A stretch of 64,000 bases of DNA from Octopus vulgaris (lineage: Eukaryota). Numbering within the stretch: the stretch's first letter is position 1; each line of letters starts with the position of its first letter. The stretch spans positions 39,680,001 to 39,744,000 of the forward strand of contig OX597829.1 of NCBI GenBank assembly GCA_951406725.2, given 5' to 3'. The notes beneath the pieces are model-generated. The model saw nothing but the letters and a program-made list of their open reading frames with translations. It was not told where the DNA came from and made no database searches. The translations under genes and the position numbers were made by a program. Shown piece after piece: positions 11,205 to 24,410 of this stretch.

Positions 11205-11824
11205 TATCCGATTCTAGGTTTTCCATTTATCAGATGGTCTTCCTAGAAGTAAGACAAATTTTTTTCATGTTTGTTGCACACACGCGTCTTTGCTAGTATA
11301 TACGCAATGAAGCTATACAATAGCGTCGTATTTATTACGATTGCTATTTTCCAGTAAATATTGGTGCCTTGTTGTACCATTTATTTACTTTTATATATAT
11401 ATATATATATGTATATGTATACATACAAGGATCGGTCGCCCCAAGGCTAAAGAAGCCACTTATTCAAAGTAGCGTGTAATGAGACTGAACTAGAAACTGC
11501 GTGGTTGCAAAGCGAGTGTCTTAACTACGTACCCATACACCACGTGTCTTAATAAAAACTGAAACCAGTTTGCTCGGTCTTCGTTCCAGCGTGCCGAAAT
11601 CTTAGTAGTTTAACTAAAGGGCCTAATTTTATTACCAGGCAAAATATAACATTATGTTTAAACATAATGTTATATGACACAGTATCCATGGTTTATTCAT
11701 AACATCTGCTTACCGTCATTGTTATTTTGTTGGCGATCTTTAATCCGAGGTCAGTTCTGCTAGAACAACGTTCCTTGATCCTTGTAAGGTCAGTGGTGTG
11801 TGTGTGTGTGTATGTGCGTGTGGA

Positions 11825-12211
11825 GTGGAGGCGCAATGGCCCAGTGGTTAGGGCAGCGGACTCGCGGTCGTAGGATCGCGGTTTCGATTCCCAGACCGGG
11901 CGTTGTGAGTGTTTATTGAGCGAAAACACCTAAAGCTCCACGAGGCTCCGACATGGGGTGGTGGCGATCCCTGCTGTAATCTTTCACCACAACTTTCTCT
12001 CACTCTTTCTTCCTGTTTCTGTTGTACCTGTATTTCAAAGGGCCGGCCTTGTCACTCTCTGTGTCACGCTGAATATCCCCGAGAACTACGTTAAGGGTAC
12101 ACGTGTCTGTGGAGTGCTCAGCCACTTACACGTTAATTTCACGAGCAGGCTGTTCCGTTGATCGGGTCAATCAGAACCCTCGTCGTCGTAACCGACGGAG
12201 TGCTTCCATCC
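11825..12211 (+). mobile_element. SINE family A, tail type 1
   Basis: Full copy with TSD atgtgcgtgtgga. Confidence 0.9.
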
Positions 12212-12699
12212 ATGTGCGTGTGGATGCGCATATAAGTTTCGCAGCCTCCGTATAATAGAATATTAATGCTCGCAGATAAAGCTGATGGCAAGTATGTTGA
12301 ACATTTATAAAAAAAAAAGAAGGAAAAAAATAAACCTTCTCAGAAAGTTGTCTCAGGTTCTACATGCAAAGTTGGACCTATATTACATGCGTCATTGAAT
12401 CAAAGAGTTTTTTTTATTCCTGAATATGTGCTGTAAGAATGTGGGTGCGTCAAATGTGCCAGTGTCTCTTTTATGCCATCGAATTTGTTAGTTGCATAAA
12501 ATAATGTAGCTGTTAAAAATTACATAACTATGATGGAATCTTCTGTCGAAGACGACGTATGAGCGTTCAGCTTTTGTCGAATAATCCGGACAAACGATTG
12601 GTTTATAGTGATCATATGCATGTGCCGCACTCCCTCCATCAGATCGGCGCTCTCTGAACAGGTGCACGGTGTGCCATGCGTCAGGTATCGAAGTAATCA

Positions 12700-12798
12700 T
12701 AGAGCAACGTGAGATGACGTCTTTTGCTCAAGAACATAACGCACCAGCCGGTCTAGGAATTGAAACCGCTATGTCGCGATCGTGAGTACAACAACCAC
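12700..12798 (-). mobile_element. SINE family D head/core fragment
   Basis: Minus strand has B-box ggtttcaattcc followed by gttcttgagcaaaa...tcacgttgctc, like the copies at 31008 and 51909. Confidence 0.6.
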
Positions 12799-13448
12799 TA
12801 TGTATGTATGTATGTATGTATGTATGTATGTATGTATGTATGTATGTATGTATGTATGTATTATGTATGTGTGTATGTAGTATGTATGTATGTATGTATG
12901 TATGTATGTATGAATGAATGTGTATGTAGTATGTATGTATGTATTTATGTATGTATGTATGAATGTATGTATGTATGTATGTATGTATGCATGTATGTAA
13001 TGTATGTATGTATGTATGAATGTGTGTATGTAGTATGTATGTATTTATGTATGTATGTATGTATGTATGTATTATGTATGTATGTATGTGTGTATGTATG
13101 TATGTATGTATGTATGTATGTATGTATGTATGTGTATGTAGTATGTATGTATTTATGTATGTATGTATGAATGTATGTATGTATGTATGTATGTATGTAT
13201 GTATGTATGCATGTATGTAATGTATGTATGTATGTATGTATGTATGTATGAATGTATTTATGTATGTATGTATGAATGAATGTATGCATATATGTATACA
13301 TGTATGTATGTATGTATGTATGTATGTATCTATGTATGTAAATATGTATGTATTATGTATGTATGAATGTATGTATGTATGCATATATGTATGTATGTAT
13401 GCATATATGTATGTATGTGTGTATGTATGTATGTATTATGTATGTATG
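12799..13448. repeat. Long degenerate (TATG)n microsatellite
   Basis: Read directly from the sequence. Confidence 0.95.
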
Positions 13449-13614
13449 CCATCGACACTGCATAATGTACAACCATGTATAACATCTTAATTTTGAGGCC
13501 TTAATTGACTTCAAAAATTTTATGGCTCCCTGTGCACCATTGCAATCTCAGAGCTTTTACAATATGCTATAAAATGAATATGTTGACATTTAATATTTCA
13601 TTTTATATCAACAA

Positions 13615-13830
13615 GGACTGTAGGTTAGCAGAATCGGTTGAGCGCCGGAGAAAATGTTATACCGTCTTTGTTCCGGCTCTTTTCATTTTGAGTCTAAATC
13701 AGATTGCAGTCAACTTTGCCTTTTAGTCTGCCGAGGACAATAAAATAAAGTGTCTATCGAGTACGAAGACTAATTTAATCGATTGACTGGCCTTCCTTAA
13801 ATTGGTGCTCTTGTGTCACTGCAAGAAACA
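13615..13830 (+). mobile_element. Old diverged SINE family B copy (alternative tail)
   Basis: caactttgccttt...taatcgattgactggcc matches the family B core. Confidence 0.55.
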
Positions 13831-13854
13831 ATATTTTATTTTATATAAAGTATA

Positions 13855-14093
13855 CTCTTTTACTCTCTTTTACTCTCTTTTACTTGTTTCAGTCATTTGA
13901 CTGCGGCCATGCTGGAGGACCGCCTTTAGTCGAGCAAATCGAGCCCCAGGACTTATTCTTTGTAAGCCAAGTACTTATTCTACCGGGCTCCTTTTTTTTA
14001 CCGAACCGCTAGGTTACGGGGACGTAAACACACCAGCATCGGTTGTCAAGCAATGCTAGGGGGACAAACACAGACACACAAACACACACACGC

Positions 14094-14126
<33 letters not shown>

Positions 14127-14262
14127 TACGACGGGCTTCTTTCAGTTTCCGTCTACCAAATCCACTCACAAGGCATTGGTCGGCCCGGGGCTATAGCAGA
14201 ACACACTTGCCCAAGATGCCACGCAGTGGAACTGAACCCGGAATCATGTGGTTGGTTAGCAG
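13855..14262 (-). mobile_element. SINE family C
   Basis: Matches the 33052 copy and ends in a (taaaagag)n tail. Confidence 0.9.
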
Positions 14263-14985
14263 CACTATTAAAAAATAAAAGAATAAGAAAGTGTTTTTAC
14301 ATTGTTGTATTTTTTCATGATGAAAATAGGTGGGTAAAAACATTGCTAACCATTACACACACCCCTAATAGTAAGTATTGGACGCACCCCTAATTTGCAC
14401 ATTACAAATATATTTATTTACGTTAATTATCAAAAATTAGAGAAGGCATCAGTGTGGTCTTTTACAGGGGTATTTTAGAGTATAGTTATCTGTTGTACTC
14501 TTTCCTTTATTTAAGACAGTAAGTATGTGATTTGAGGAAGGCTTGGTCGCCGTTTCTAGCAGGTGAAACAACCACCTAAGCAGTTTCCCTCTTTGTTACT
14601 TTCATGTAGTTGCTGTTACCGTCATTTTAAGAAAAAATAGAAATTTGACAGAAATTTTAGAAATTTGATCAGAATGTATGGAAATAAGATCCGTTGGGTG
14701 TTGTCCTAGCTTTTGAGATTTCTTTTTCTATTCGCGCGAGTTTGACGTTTACCGAAATCAGTTTCTGCCCTTCCCTAAAGATGGTGTATTGTGTCAGAGA
14801 TCAATTAACATAAATACATCAGGCGTTGAGGTTATCGTTGTTGTTGTCAATGAGGTGATGGTAGCTGTTGCTGTTATGGCGGTTTATTTTTAGCCTCAGG
14901 CAATGATCAAAGACACTCCAGCCGTGACCATACACGCTTTTATTCAGGCATAGTTTATATGTGTATGTGTGTATGTAAGTGTATA

Positions 14986-15047
<62 letters not shown>

Positions 15048-15103
15048 CATACATACATACATACATACATACATACATACATAATACATACAAACATACA
15101 CAC

Positions 15104-15148
<45 letters not shown>

Positions 15149-15437
15149 ATTCCAATGAAGTTAGAGATTGTGAATCCAACCAACTAAGGGATAATATTTA
15201 TCCAATATACTGCTGGTAGAATACCCAATTATTAATACACAAGTGTTTTTTATTACATGGCAATTACATTACCTAGTGTATTAAATGGGTGAGGATAAAG
15301 AGTTATTTTACCATTTATTTATAGAGCAATTATTGTCCTTTTATTGACATAATATGATGTCTAAAAGTTGATGAATGCCACCTATTGATCCCCTCCATTT
15401 TCTTATTACTCTCTCTCTCTCTCTTTATATATATATT

Positions 15438-15793
15438 GGCGCAGGAGTGGCTGTGTGATAAGTAGCTTGCTTACCAACCACATGGTTCCGGGTGCTTCTA
15501 CTATAGCCTCGGGCCGACCAAAGCCTTGTGAGTGGATTTAGTTGACGGAAACTGAAAGAAGCCTGTCGTTTGTGTGTGTGTGTGAGTGTGTGTGTGTTTG
15601 TCCTTCCATCATCGCTTGACAACCGATGTTGGTGTGTTTACATCCCCGTAACTTATCGGTTCGGCAAAAGAGACCGATAGTATAAGTACTAGGCTTAGAA
15701 AAGAATAAGTTCTGGGGTCGATTTGTGTTCGACTAAAGGCGGTGCTCCAGCATGGCCGCAGTCAGGTGACTGAAACAAGTAAAAGAATAAAAG
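15438..15793 (+). mobile_element. SINE family C with internal deletion
   Basis: Head ggcgcaggagtggctgtgtg and tail gactgaaacaagtaaaag. Confidence 0.85.
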
Positions 15794-15834
15794 AACACAC
15801 ACACACACATACACACACACACACACACACAATT

Positions 15835-16080
15835 CTCAATTATTTTAGATACGAGAAATACAGTAAATCCACAACACTCGCCAGTCACATACATCATCTC
15901 AAAAATAAAAATATTCCCAACATTTTGTCATGGTCCATAATAGATTCAGGGCTTCCATACCTGGGTCAACACTCAGCCTGTAAGTTATGCCTAAAAGAGG
16001 CATTCCACATATTAAAACATAACTCATCAATACTACTACTAAATAAATATAATGAGGCACTAGGTACATGAAACCACCAC
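15835..16080 (+). pseudogene. C-terminus of a Penelope-like GIY-YIG endonuclease
   Basis: STTLASHIHHLKNKNI...WSII...Y...CKLCLKEAFHI...LLNKYNE resembles the CxLCLxEK...LLNKRxE tail of Penelope-like element ORFs. It is followed by a pyrimidine-rich 3' region and a hammerhead at 17594. Confidence 0.7.
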
Positions 16081-17593
16081 TTTTTTCATACCTTCAAATG
16101 TTACCACAAATCTAAATGCAACCTAAATAACCACATAGCACATATCCCAAACACCCCTTGGGTAATCCCCAACAAGCCTATTTGACTTTCCATTAATTTT
16201 TTGACTCTCCAATCTTATTTGAATTGTTTAATTCTGCTTATATGGACATGCATACATGTACGTATGCAGATGCATGAGCATATGTATATGTATGTGTATG
16301 TGTGTGTGTATGCACGTGTGCATGTATGCGTGTATATGTACGTACGTGTATGCATATATTTATGGGTACGCGTGTGTATGCATATATATATGTGTATGTA
16401 TATGTATGTGTGTATATAGTGAGAATTTACAAAAAAAAAGGTGAAGACGGGTGTGTAAACAACAAACAGATATATTAGTTTAACGCTCGGGAAGTGAGAA
16501 AGTCTTTTACGTTTCGAGCCTACGCTCTTCAACAGAAAGGAACACAAAAATAAACAGGGAGAGAAAATAGAAAAAGGTTTAGTGGATAGCGATCTATCGT
16601 GTATGCATGCGTATGTATGTATATTTATATATGTGTGTGTATATGTATATATGTGTATATGTATATATGTGTGTGTGTATATATATGTATGCATGCATGC
16701 GTACGGGTTTAACTACACAATTATCTAGGTCTATATAATAGTGCATGCTCATACACATATACGTACATGTGTACGCGTGTGCATATATCGATATACACTT
16801 CTTTCTTTCTTTCCCTCTGATTCCCCTACCCATACTATCACATTAGCTAGTAGAATAAATACATAAGTCTATTTATAGAAACTTGATCATTCTTAGTATT
16901 CTTCCCTTCCGTTTTGAGGTTTATCACTCACTTTAGAAACGCTCCCTCCTATACCTTTTTTCTGTACCCTTCCCATTGTGCCATTCTAACACATCATCCC
17001 ACCTCACACATATTCATTACATACATTCTTATCTCTTCCTACCCCTTCTCTACACTTCTTCCACCTCCCTCATAATATCTTGACCACCAACTAACACTTC
17101 TTTTTTCATTTTTTTCACTTTCTTTCACTCTTTTTTCTCATTTTCTCTTCTTGTTTTCATTTTCTCTTCCTCTTTCTTTCCTTCCTCTTGTCTCACCTTT
17201 TCCTTTGCCTTCTCTCCTCATTTAACATACACATCTTTTCTTTCATCTCTATCCACTTTATACTACCACTACATTCTCAAATTTTCATTCACACCACAAG
17301 AACCCTTTGAATGAACAGCACATGGAATCTACGTCTCCACACTTTTCATTTGTAATGACAAAATATGAACTCCTATTGGGAATTTACATACCACGGACAA
17401 AAAGAATTTCTACCACTTCTACACACCACTTTCCTTGGATAATGGAACTGCAACTATAACATCTTTATATATTTTTATTTTTATTTCTACATTCGTTCTC
17501 CTTTTCCCCTATATAATCATTATTTGCTTCCGTTTCCAAACTAACTACTTATATTAACTCTAATATTTCCTTCTATTTAACCATCTCACATCA

Positions 17594-17640
17594 TCTCTGA
17601 TGAAGAGATATCCCTAATATCCCAGAAACAGTTGTAAGAC
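17594..17640 (+). ncRNA. Slightly degenerate type I hammerhead at the 3' end of the Penelope-like remnant
   Basis: ucu-CUGAUGA-aga-gaua...uauc-cca-GAAA-caguug-UA-aga. Confidence 0.55.
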
Positions 17641-17705
17641 CAGCTTTCTCTTTATAAATGTCCTGAAAATTCCACACAGCCTTGATTTTGTTGTCTCATT
17701 TTATT

Positions 17706-17740
<35 letters not shown>

Positions 17741-17976
17741 CTTACTGTTAACAAAAGTCGGGATGCATGGCGTTTAGTTATACCATAAATGAAAAATACA
17801 TTAAATACTACTTAAGACTGACACAGAAGGACTCTAATACTTCATAAGTTATCGACCGAAAAATACTAATACCTGGTTTCTAACTTTTCAAACCACTTTG
17901 GTTTGAAAAAGTTAGGATATACATACAGCTAGTTTACATGTGGATCTAGTCGTGTGTATATCTGAATTCTAAAGGC

Positions 17977-18046
17977 TTCCTACTGATGAAAACTAGCCTC
18001 AGTAAATATTTTTTACTGGAATTAGTTAGAAACCATGGTCTAGGAA
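17977..18046 (+). ncRNA. Type I hammerhead ribozyme
   Basis: uuccua-CUGAUGA-a-aacuag...uuaguu-a-GAAA-ccaugg-UC-uaggaa. Stem I is 6 bp, stem II is extended and stem III is palindromic. Predicted cleavage after 18040. Confidence 0.8.
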
Positions 18047-19573
18047 CTAAATAAGATGGTAAACGTTTTTAATTTTCATTCCTTTCGAGAATTTATCCCT
18101 AATTAGTGGTTTGAGTTTTCTACTGCTTTTTCTATTTGGAAGCCTCTTGATGTGTTTTAATATACACGCTATTACTATGTGAATAATATATAATCTATTG
18201 ACTAATTCTTTTTTGTGCTAAGCCACTGGTAATAATAATTTATATAATTCTTATTACCCTAATGTTATATATATATATATATATGTGTGTAAGAGTGTGC
18301 GCGCGCGCATTTGTGTGTCTGTGTTTGTCCCCCTCCATTGCTTGACAACTGATGTTGATGTGTTTATGTCCCCGTAACGTAGCGTTGAGTGAAATTTAAG
18401 GGAGATTTATCTACCATTTCTAGCCGGTCAAGCGACCACCAAAGACCAGGGTCTTTGAGGGCAGTTGTTGCTACTCAGGATCAACCTCTTGGAATCCAAC
18501 ACATTTATAATCATGGTGAGCCATGTGACATACGGCCCGCATACAAGTAAGACACGTGAACTGGTGTCTTACTTGTATAGAAATGGAGTGTGTGTAATTG
18601 TTTACATCTAGATCAACGAGTTCTGACTAAGTAAATTAATACTCACACGTATTCGAGGGATATCAAAGCTACATTATTTAATGTGTCCTTCGTTAGCTGC
18701 TATTTCAAAAAAATTGAAGGAGCTTCCACGTTAGCTTTTGAGAGAAAGACAGTGAGAGAGAGAGAGTAAATATGGAACAGAGGTCATCTATTACATGAAC
18801 TTTGTTTCAACTCTGGCAATTTCGTTGACAGTTATCCGAATAATCTCATTAACTTAGGTACCGAGGGAAATAATGACAATTATCGTAATAAAATCTTACG
18901 CTCCCATGGCAGTTTATGTGAAGCTGATCATGCTAAAGCGTCAGTCCTAATATACACACGTTCTGAAGATTATATATCAGAATGTGCAAAGGCCACTTCA
19001 GAAGCGGACGCTTACATCATATTTTCAAACATACAGAGGAAAATATACGGCGCAACTTTATTAAGTTACAAAAAGTACTTACACGAACAGAATATTTGCA
19101 ATATACCACCCGACCAAAATTTGTGCTTCCCTAACATGTACACATAGCTTGTGAAAATTACTGTTGTCTCGTCAATGACAAAGAGTACTCTGTATTCACC
19201 TACCTACTGAAATATGAAACAGGAGAGCAGAGTTAATTTCTAAGTGCCGACATTAAAGCAAATTTTTTATTTTTATGTTCTTTCTAGTCCATTGAACTAA
19301 ATTAAAAGTAAATATTCAAACATCTGGAAATCCGCCGAGCACCATTCTGCACGCAAGTTAAAACGAAAGCCATCAAAACGATGAAATGTGCTAAAAAAAA
19401 ACAAACCTCAAGAGGTATCCGGTTCACCAGCCAGCTCACATGAAGATTGTCCAAAGAAAGGAGGATTGTTAAGTGAGTAATGGAATGTTGTAAGACGAAA
19501 CTATAGCTCAGTATATGAAATATTTACTCGTCTAAAGGCATCGAGTTATTGTTTAATTTGTTGTGGCATACAG

Positions 19574-20968
19574 TTATACTATAAACGTTCTGTCCGTTTG
19601 TCTGTCTGTCTGTCTGTCTGTCTGTACGCTCTTCACAGTGAAATGGCTGGACCAATGATCACGATGTTTTTCGGGATTACCAAGGAGGTAATAAGGCAGG
19701 TTTTTAGCGAAGAAAATTTGAAAAAGTATGATTATTTAGTGGCTATTGAGGGTAATTGTTCAGTTTACGGGGGTCCAAGAAAAATAGATAAATAAGGGGA
19801 GACAAATCCTAATAAAAGAAGCAAAGGGAAGTTAATCAACTTACTTCTCCACTGAATTACGCCTTATAAGAAAGTTTTAGGATAGCTTTATTAACGAATG
19901 ATTGTGATGGCTTTGGCTCATCTTTAATCGGTGTATAGCTACTATGAACTTCGTCAATAACGATTGTATGCATAAAGCTGTGTAATGCTTTACTAAATTT
20001 TCCTTTGTGGAGGCACATGATCTAGTGGTTAGAGCAGCGGACTCGCGGTTGAGGGATCGCGGGTTCGAATCTCAGACCGGGCGATGCGTGATGAGCAAAA
20101 ACACCTAAGCTCCACGCGGTTCCGGCAGAAGGTAATGGCGAAACTTCTGCTGACTCTTTCGCCACAACTTTCTCTCACTCTTTCCTCCTGCATCTTGCAG
20201 CTCACCTGCGACGGACCGGCGTACCGTCCAGGTGGAGAACCTATACGCCAAGGAAACCGGGAAACCGGCCCTTATGAGCCAAGAATAGCTCGAGAAGGAA
20301 CAAACAAAAAAAACAAAATAATTTTCCTTTGTTCCACGCCATTATGACCTGGAAACGGAAATCAGGAATTGGTAGGACTACCAGGAAAGCTGTCGCTATA
20401 AAAAAAATAAGAGACAATCTAACATTGAAAACAGACAAACCCAACAGAATAAGGATACGGAAGGTCATAGAATTCGCATTGATACAGAAATGAGGGTGTT
20501 GGAACAGAGCAGGGATACGCTATCTCGCCAAATATCACGGAGAAATTCTCAAGTGAGAGCTTCGGAACAGAGCAGGAACACTTGAACTCGTCAAGTAAGC
20601 CGCAATAATCTTCGAGAGCTTCGGAACAGACATAGAATACTTTAGTTCGCCGAAAATCAAAACAAGTGCAGTTTCCTATAAAACTGGCATTTCTCATTCA
20701 CAGAAAACATGACACAGGTCCAGACTTTAGATCGTATAGGTATATTTTTACTACCTAGTCTGATTTTTTGAAATACGTTGCTATGAGTAGAGCAACGGAC
20801 TTCAGTAATTCGATAATTAGTGTCGACCACACACAAAATATCGTCTACAAAGACGTTTTGTAATCATATTTGATATTAAAATCCATTTATGTATTTTTCA
20901 ATGCATACCGCTGTTACGACTTCCCTTCCTCATTTTATGCCTCCATCGTAGATGGCTAGATTGGCTAG
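19574..20968 (+). mobile_element. Internally deleted Helitron with a PIF1-type helicase C-terminal remnant
   Basis: Remnant QFPIKLAF...QTLDRIGIFL...YVAMSRA...NIVYKDVL* at about 20665-20863. 3' hairpin ccatc-gta-gatgg, then CTAG at 20965-20968. The 5' region is homologous to 26380-26512 (-). Confidence 0.75.
20008..20320 (+). mobile_element. SINE family A, tail type 3, inserted in the Helitron
   Basis: tRNA-like head and tail ending ctcgagaaggaacaaac. TSD aattttcctttgt. Confidence 0.85.
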
Positions 20969-21034
20969 TTTAGATAACACAACAAGCACATTATTACATA
21001 CATGTATACATACACATACAAATGCACGCTCACA

Positions 21035-21072
<38 letters not shown>

Positions 21073-21285
21073 TGTAACTGGCAGTGTTCCAGTATAGCTG
21101 AAACCATGCCAGTTATAACTGTAATTGCTAGAATGTTATAAATTGAAATTATACCCCCACACACAAATACACACACAAGTCAACATGTCAGCTTATCTGG
21201 TGGGGGGTGGTTATTGATTTATGGGGACTCATTTTGTTGTCGTTCATATAGTGTCCTTGTAATAGACTTCTCGTTTGGAAGTGTT

Positions 21286-21610
21286 TTAGTTAGTTAGTTA
21301 GTTAGTTAATTTGGCTCAAAAGCAAATAGCAAGGCCATGTAGGGGGACATGGAGTTAAGTACAGGGTGGTGTTCATGTAAAGAGTTCAGGCCACTTGAGG
21401 TCCAGGGAGGCTTTGAACAAAGCGGTCGTCGGCATCTTCACCATCTCGTCTGGCAGCTTGTTCCACGGATCCGCAACCCGGACGGAGAAAGCTCCTCTCC
21501 TTCGATTGAGATGAAATCGTCGCAGGTAGAGCTTTTCGGAATGACCCCGCAGCCGACGCTCTGGAGCAGGAGTGAAGAACAGCTCTTTCGAGAGGTTACA
21601 CTTTCCGCTG
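21286..21610 (-). mobile_element. 5'-truncated CR1-clade LINE 3' end
   Basis: Minus strand translates to LFFTPAPERRLRGHSEKLYLRRFHLNRRRGAFSVRVADPWNKLPDEMVKMPTTALFKASLDLKW. A short UTR and a (TAAC)n tail follow. Confidence 0.85.
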
Positions 21611-21930
21611 AGTCCAATAGATCAATTAAAATCAGCGAGATAGTATTTATTTTCGTACCTGCATTTATTGATAAATTCTGTTTTCTTATTTAAAGATGTC
21701 AGTTATTTCGTTGCCGGTGTAATATTTCTCGCAGAGAACACAATATCTGGTACAAAGAATATACTTGTTGCTGAAGTGGTTTATAGATAAACTAATTATA
21801 AACTTTCAAAATTTGTTGTATTTTAATTACCGAATATGTGTGACATTTCTGTGATGTTTATTTTACCTTCAAGAAGAGAAAAAAACATGTAAAGAGAAGA
21901 CAAAACAGGAATTTATAATTTATATTGTAA

Positions 21931-22338
21931 CTAGCAGTATCGTCCGGCGTTGCTCGGGTTTGTAAGGGAAATAACTATATAAGCATTTTTAGAGAGTTAT
22001 AGCCAAAAAATAGCAAAAAAAAAAATGCATTAAAAATGGGAAAAAAAATGATGGTAAATTTTTTTTTTAAATCGTTGACCCATCGTAGACATTTTTAGAG
22101 AGTTACTTCCCTTATATAATAGCAAAAAATGCATTAAAATGGAAAAAAATGATGGTAAATTCTTTTTTAAAATCGTAGACTCATCGTAGACGCGCGCTAA
22201 TACCCAGAAGGGCTCGATATGAATCACGACTATAAGATACCCGCTTTTGGTTAAACTGCACCGCAAAATGTGGGAGTAGTTAGGAATCTAAATCGTAGGA
22301 GACAGACACTCACACAACTTCACTTTTATATATAAAGA
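21931..22338 (-). mobile_element. Non-autonomous Helitron
   Basis: Minus strand starts A|TCTTTATATATAAAA and ends cccgagcaacgccggacgatactgCTAG|T, i.e. inserted between A and T. There is an internal ~95-bp direct repeat. Confidence 0.8.
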
Positions 22339-22667
22339 TTACGGTATGATTGCTACAAGTTGTGACTTCGAGTGTTTTTTTTTTTCCATTTCTTTCGTGC
22401 ATCTAATACCCGGAAAAAGTGCAATTAAAAAACGGGTGGTGCCAGCTTATTGTACATTATTTTATTTATTTGTTTATTTGTTATCTATTGTATTGTATTG
22501 TAGTGCTCTTGTTTGCGTTGACCCTTTGGCCATACAGTGAAAAGAAACTAGTAGTACTTTTGCTGTTGATGTTGATGTTGCTGTCGTTATTATGATTACT
22601 GTTGTTGAAGTTGTTGTTGTTGTTGGGGCTACTGCTACTGCTACTACCACGACTGTTGTTTTAAACG

Positions 22668-22705
<38 letters not shown>

Positions 22706-22886
22706 ATCATCATATCATCATATCGTCGTCGTCGCCGTCGTCGTCATTGTCATCGTCATCGTCATCGTCGTGGTCGTGGTCGTGGTCGTCGTGTTCGTGG
22801 TCGTGGTCGTCGTGGTCGTGGTCGTGGTCGTCGTGGTCGTCATCATCATCATCATCATCATATCATCATATCATCATATCATCATA

Positions 22887-22922
<36 letters not shown>

Positions 22923-22937
22923 TCGTCATCGTCATCG

Positions 22938-22974
<37 letters not shown>

Positions 22975-22975
22975 T
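22668..22975. repeat. Compound (CAT)n/(CGT)n/(CGTGGT)n repeat
   Basis: Read directly from the sequence. Confidence 0.9.
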
Positions 22976-24184
22976 TCATTCGAGTTTCTAATATGAACGT
23001 CTACCTCATAGGAAAAGAGGTAGACCGCCTAGCAATTCTTGTCTGCATGCTAAAACACACACACATACGCAGACATAAACGTACATACTCACAAACACAT
23101 ACCGACTTACACTCACTCACACACACATACACGCACTCATATTATATTATGCAAGTGTGTGCAAACAAAAGATTGACAGAATGTGTGTGTGTGTGTGTGT
23201 GTGTTTAATTATTCAATAGTTGCATAACTTGTTCAACAAGTTTCTCTTAATTCCCTTCTAAGCCTATTTTCTTGAACCCACAAGAAAAACCCCACCCGAT
23301 TGACCAGAAATTGCTTCCTTCTTTGTATCATGCTTTGACATTATTTTTTTAATCCACCCTTGAAAGCCCACCCCCAATTTAATCTAAACAAAAACACAGT
23401 TACTTGACGAGCCAAAGTTGTAGCGGGTGGAGTGGGGTAGGGTGGCTTACGTGGTCGTCCACCTGCAAGAAACAACAGTCAAAACTCTCTGAAAATCACA
23501 ATCCTTACAGTCTTCAAATGAGTAAGACATATTGGATAATGTAATCTTAGGTACATCTAGGACTGATTAATAATTATTGGATGGTCACAAGATTGGTGAA
23601 ATACGAACAACCGAGCTTTGGTATAAGTACTTCCGGATCGTTAGGTGCTAAGCGAAACAATAACAGCGAATACAACAACGGCGAGAACAACAACACCAGC
23701 TCAGTAGTTATCGGGATTCAGGACTTGTATGGAGTTACCTTCTTTTGAACGAGCAGTTAAAGAGCTGAATGGCTTTTTCTGTCCCGGGTCCATTGAGATA
23801 TCTGTGAGTTACCTTTCTTCTGGAGGCAATTCTGTGACATGCTAATTAACCCATAGCCAGGACCGTGACATGTGCTACTACTTCATACAGAAGGTTACCA
23901 AATATTTGGAGATGTGAATTAATAAAAACAAAGGGAATGGAACAAAGGCATTGTGCAACATGTGCAAAGGTTAATCGTTAAATACGATGTATATAAAGTG
24001 ACAAATGTACCAACATCGAAAAGGAGGAAAACCGCCTTTTAAGGAAGATCAGGGCATTTCGTGATCCTGAACACCTCACAATCAACGCATTTGGTGTTCT
24101 TTACCACTATAGCACACGGACAAGTATTTAAATGAGCGTCTCGCACACTTTTGGTCCCTCCGTTTTTTTTTGTTTTTTAAATAT

Positions 24185-24410
24185 TCGTTTCAAATTTTAG
24201 TACAAGGTCAGCAATTTCGGGAGAGTTAGAGATAATTCAATAACATCGACCACAGTGCTCAGTTGGTCCTTATTCCATCGACTCGACCCCGAAAGGATGA
24301 ATGGCAAAGTAGTCGGCATCAGCAGAATTTCACCTCAAAACGTAAAGATGGGAAAAATGCCGTCGAGTGTTTTACTCGGCGTGCTAATGGTTTTGCCAGT
24401 TGGCCGCCTT
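24185..24410 (-). mobile_element. Diverged SINE family B (alternative tail)
   Basis: tcgaccccgaaaggatgaatggcaaagt core, and a head remnant ending gccgcc. Confidence 0.65.
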
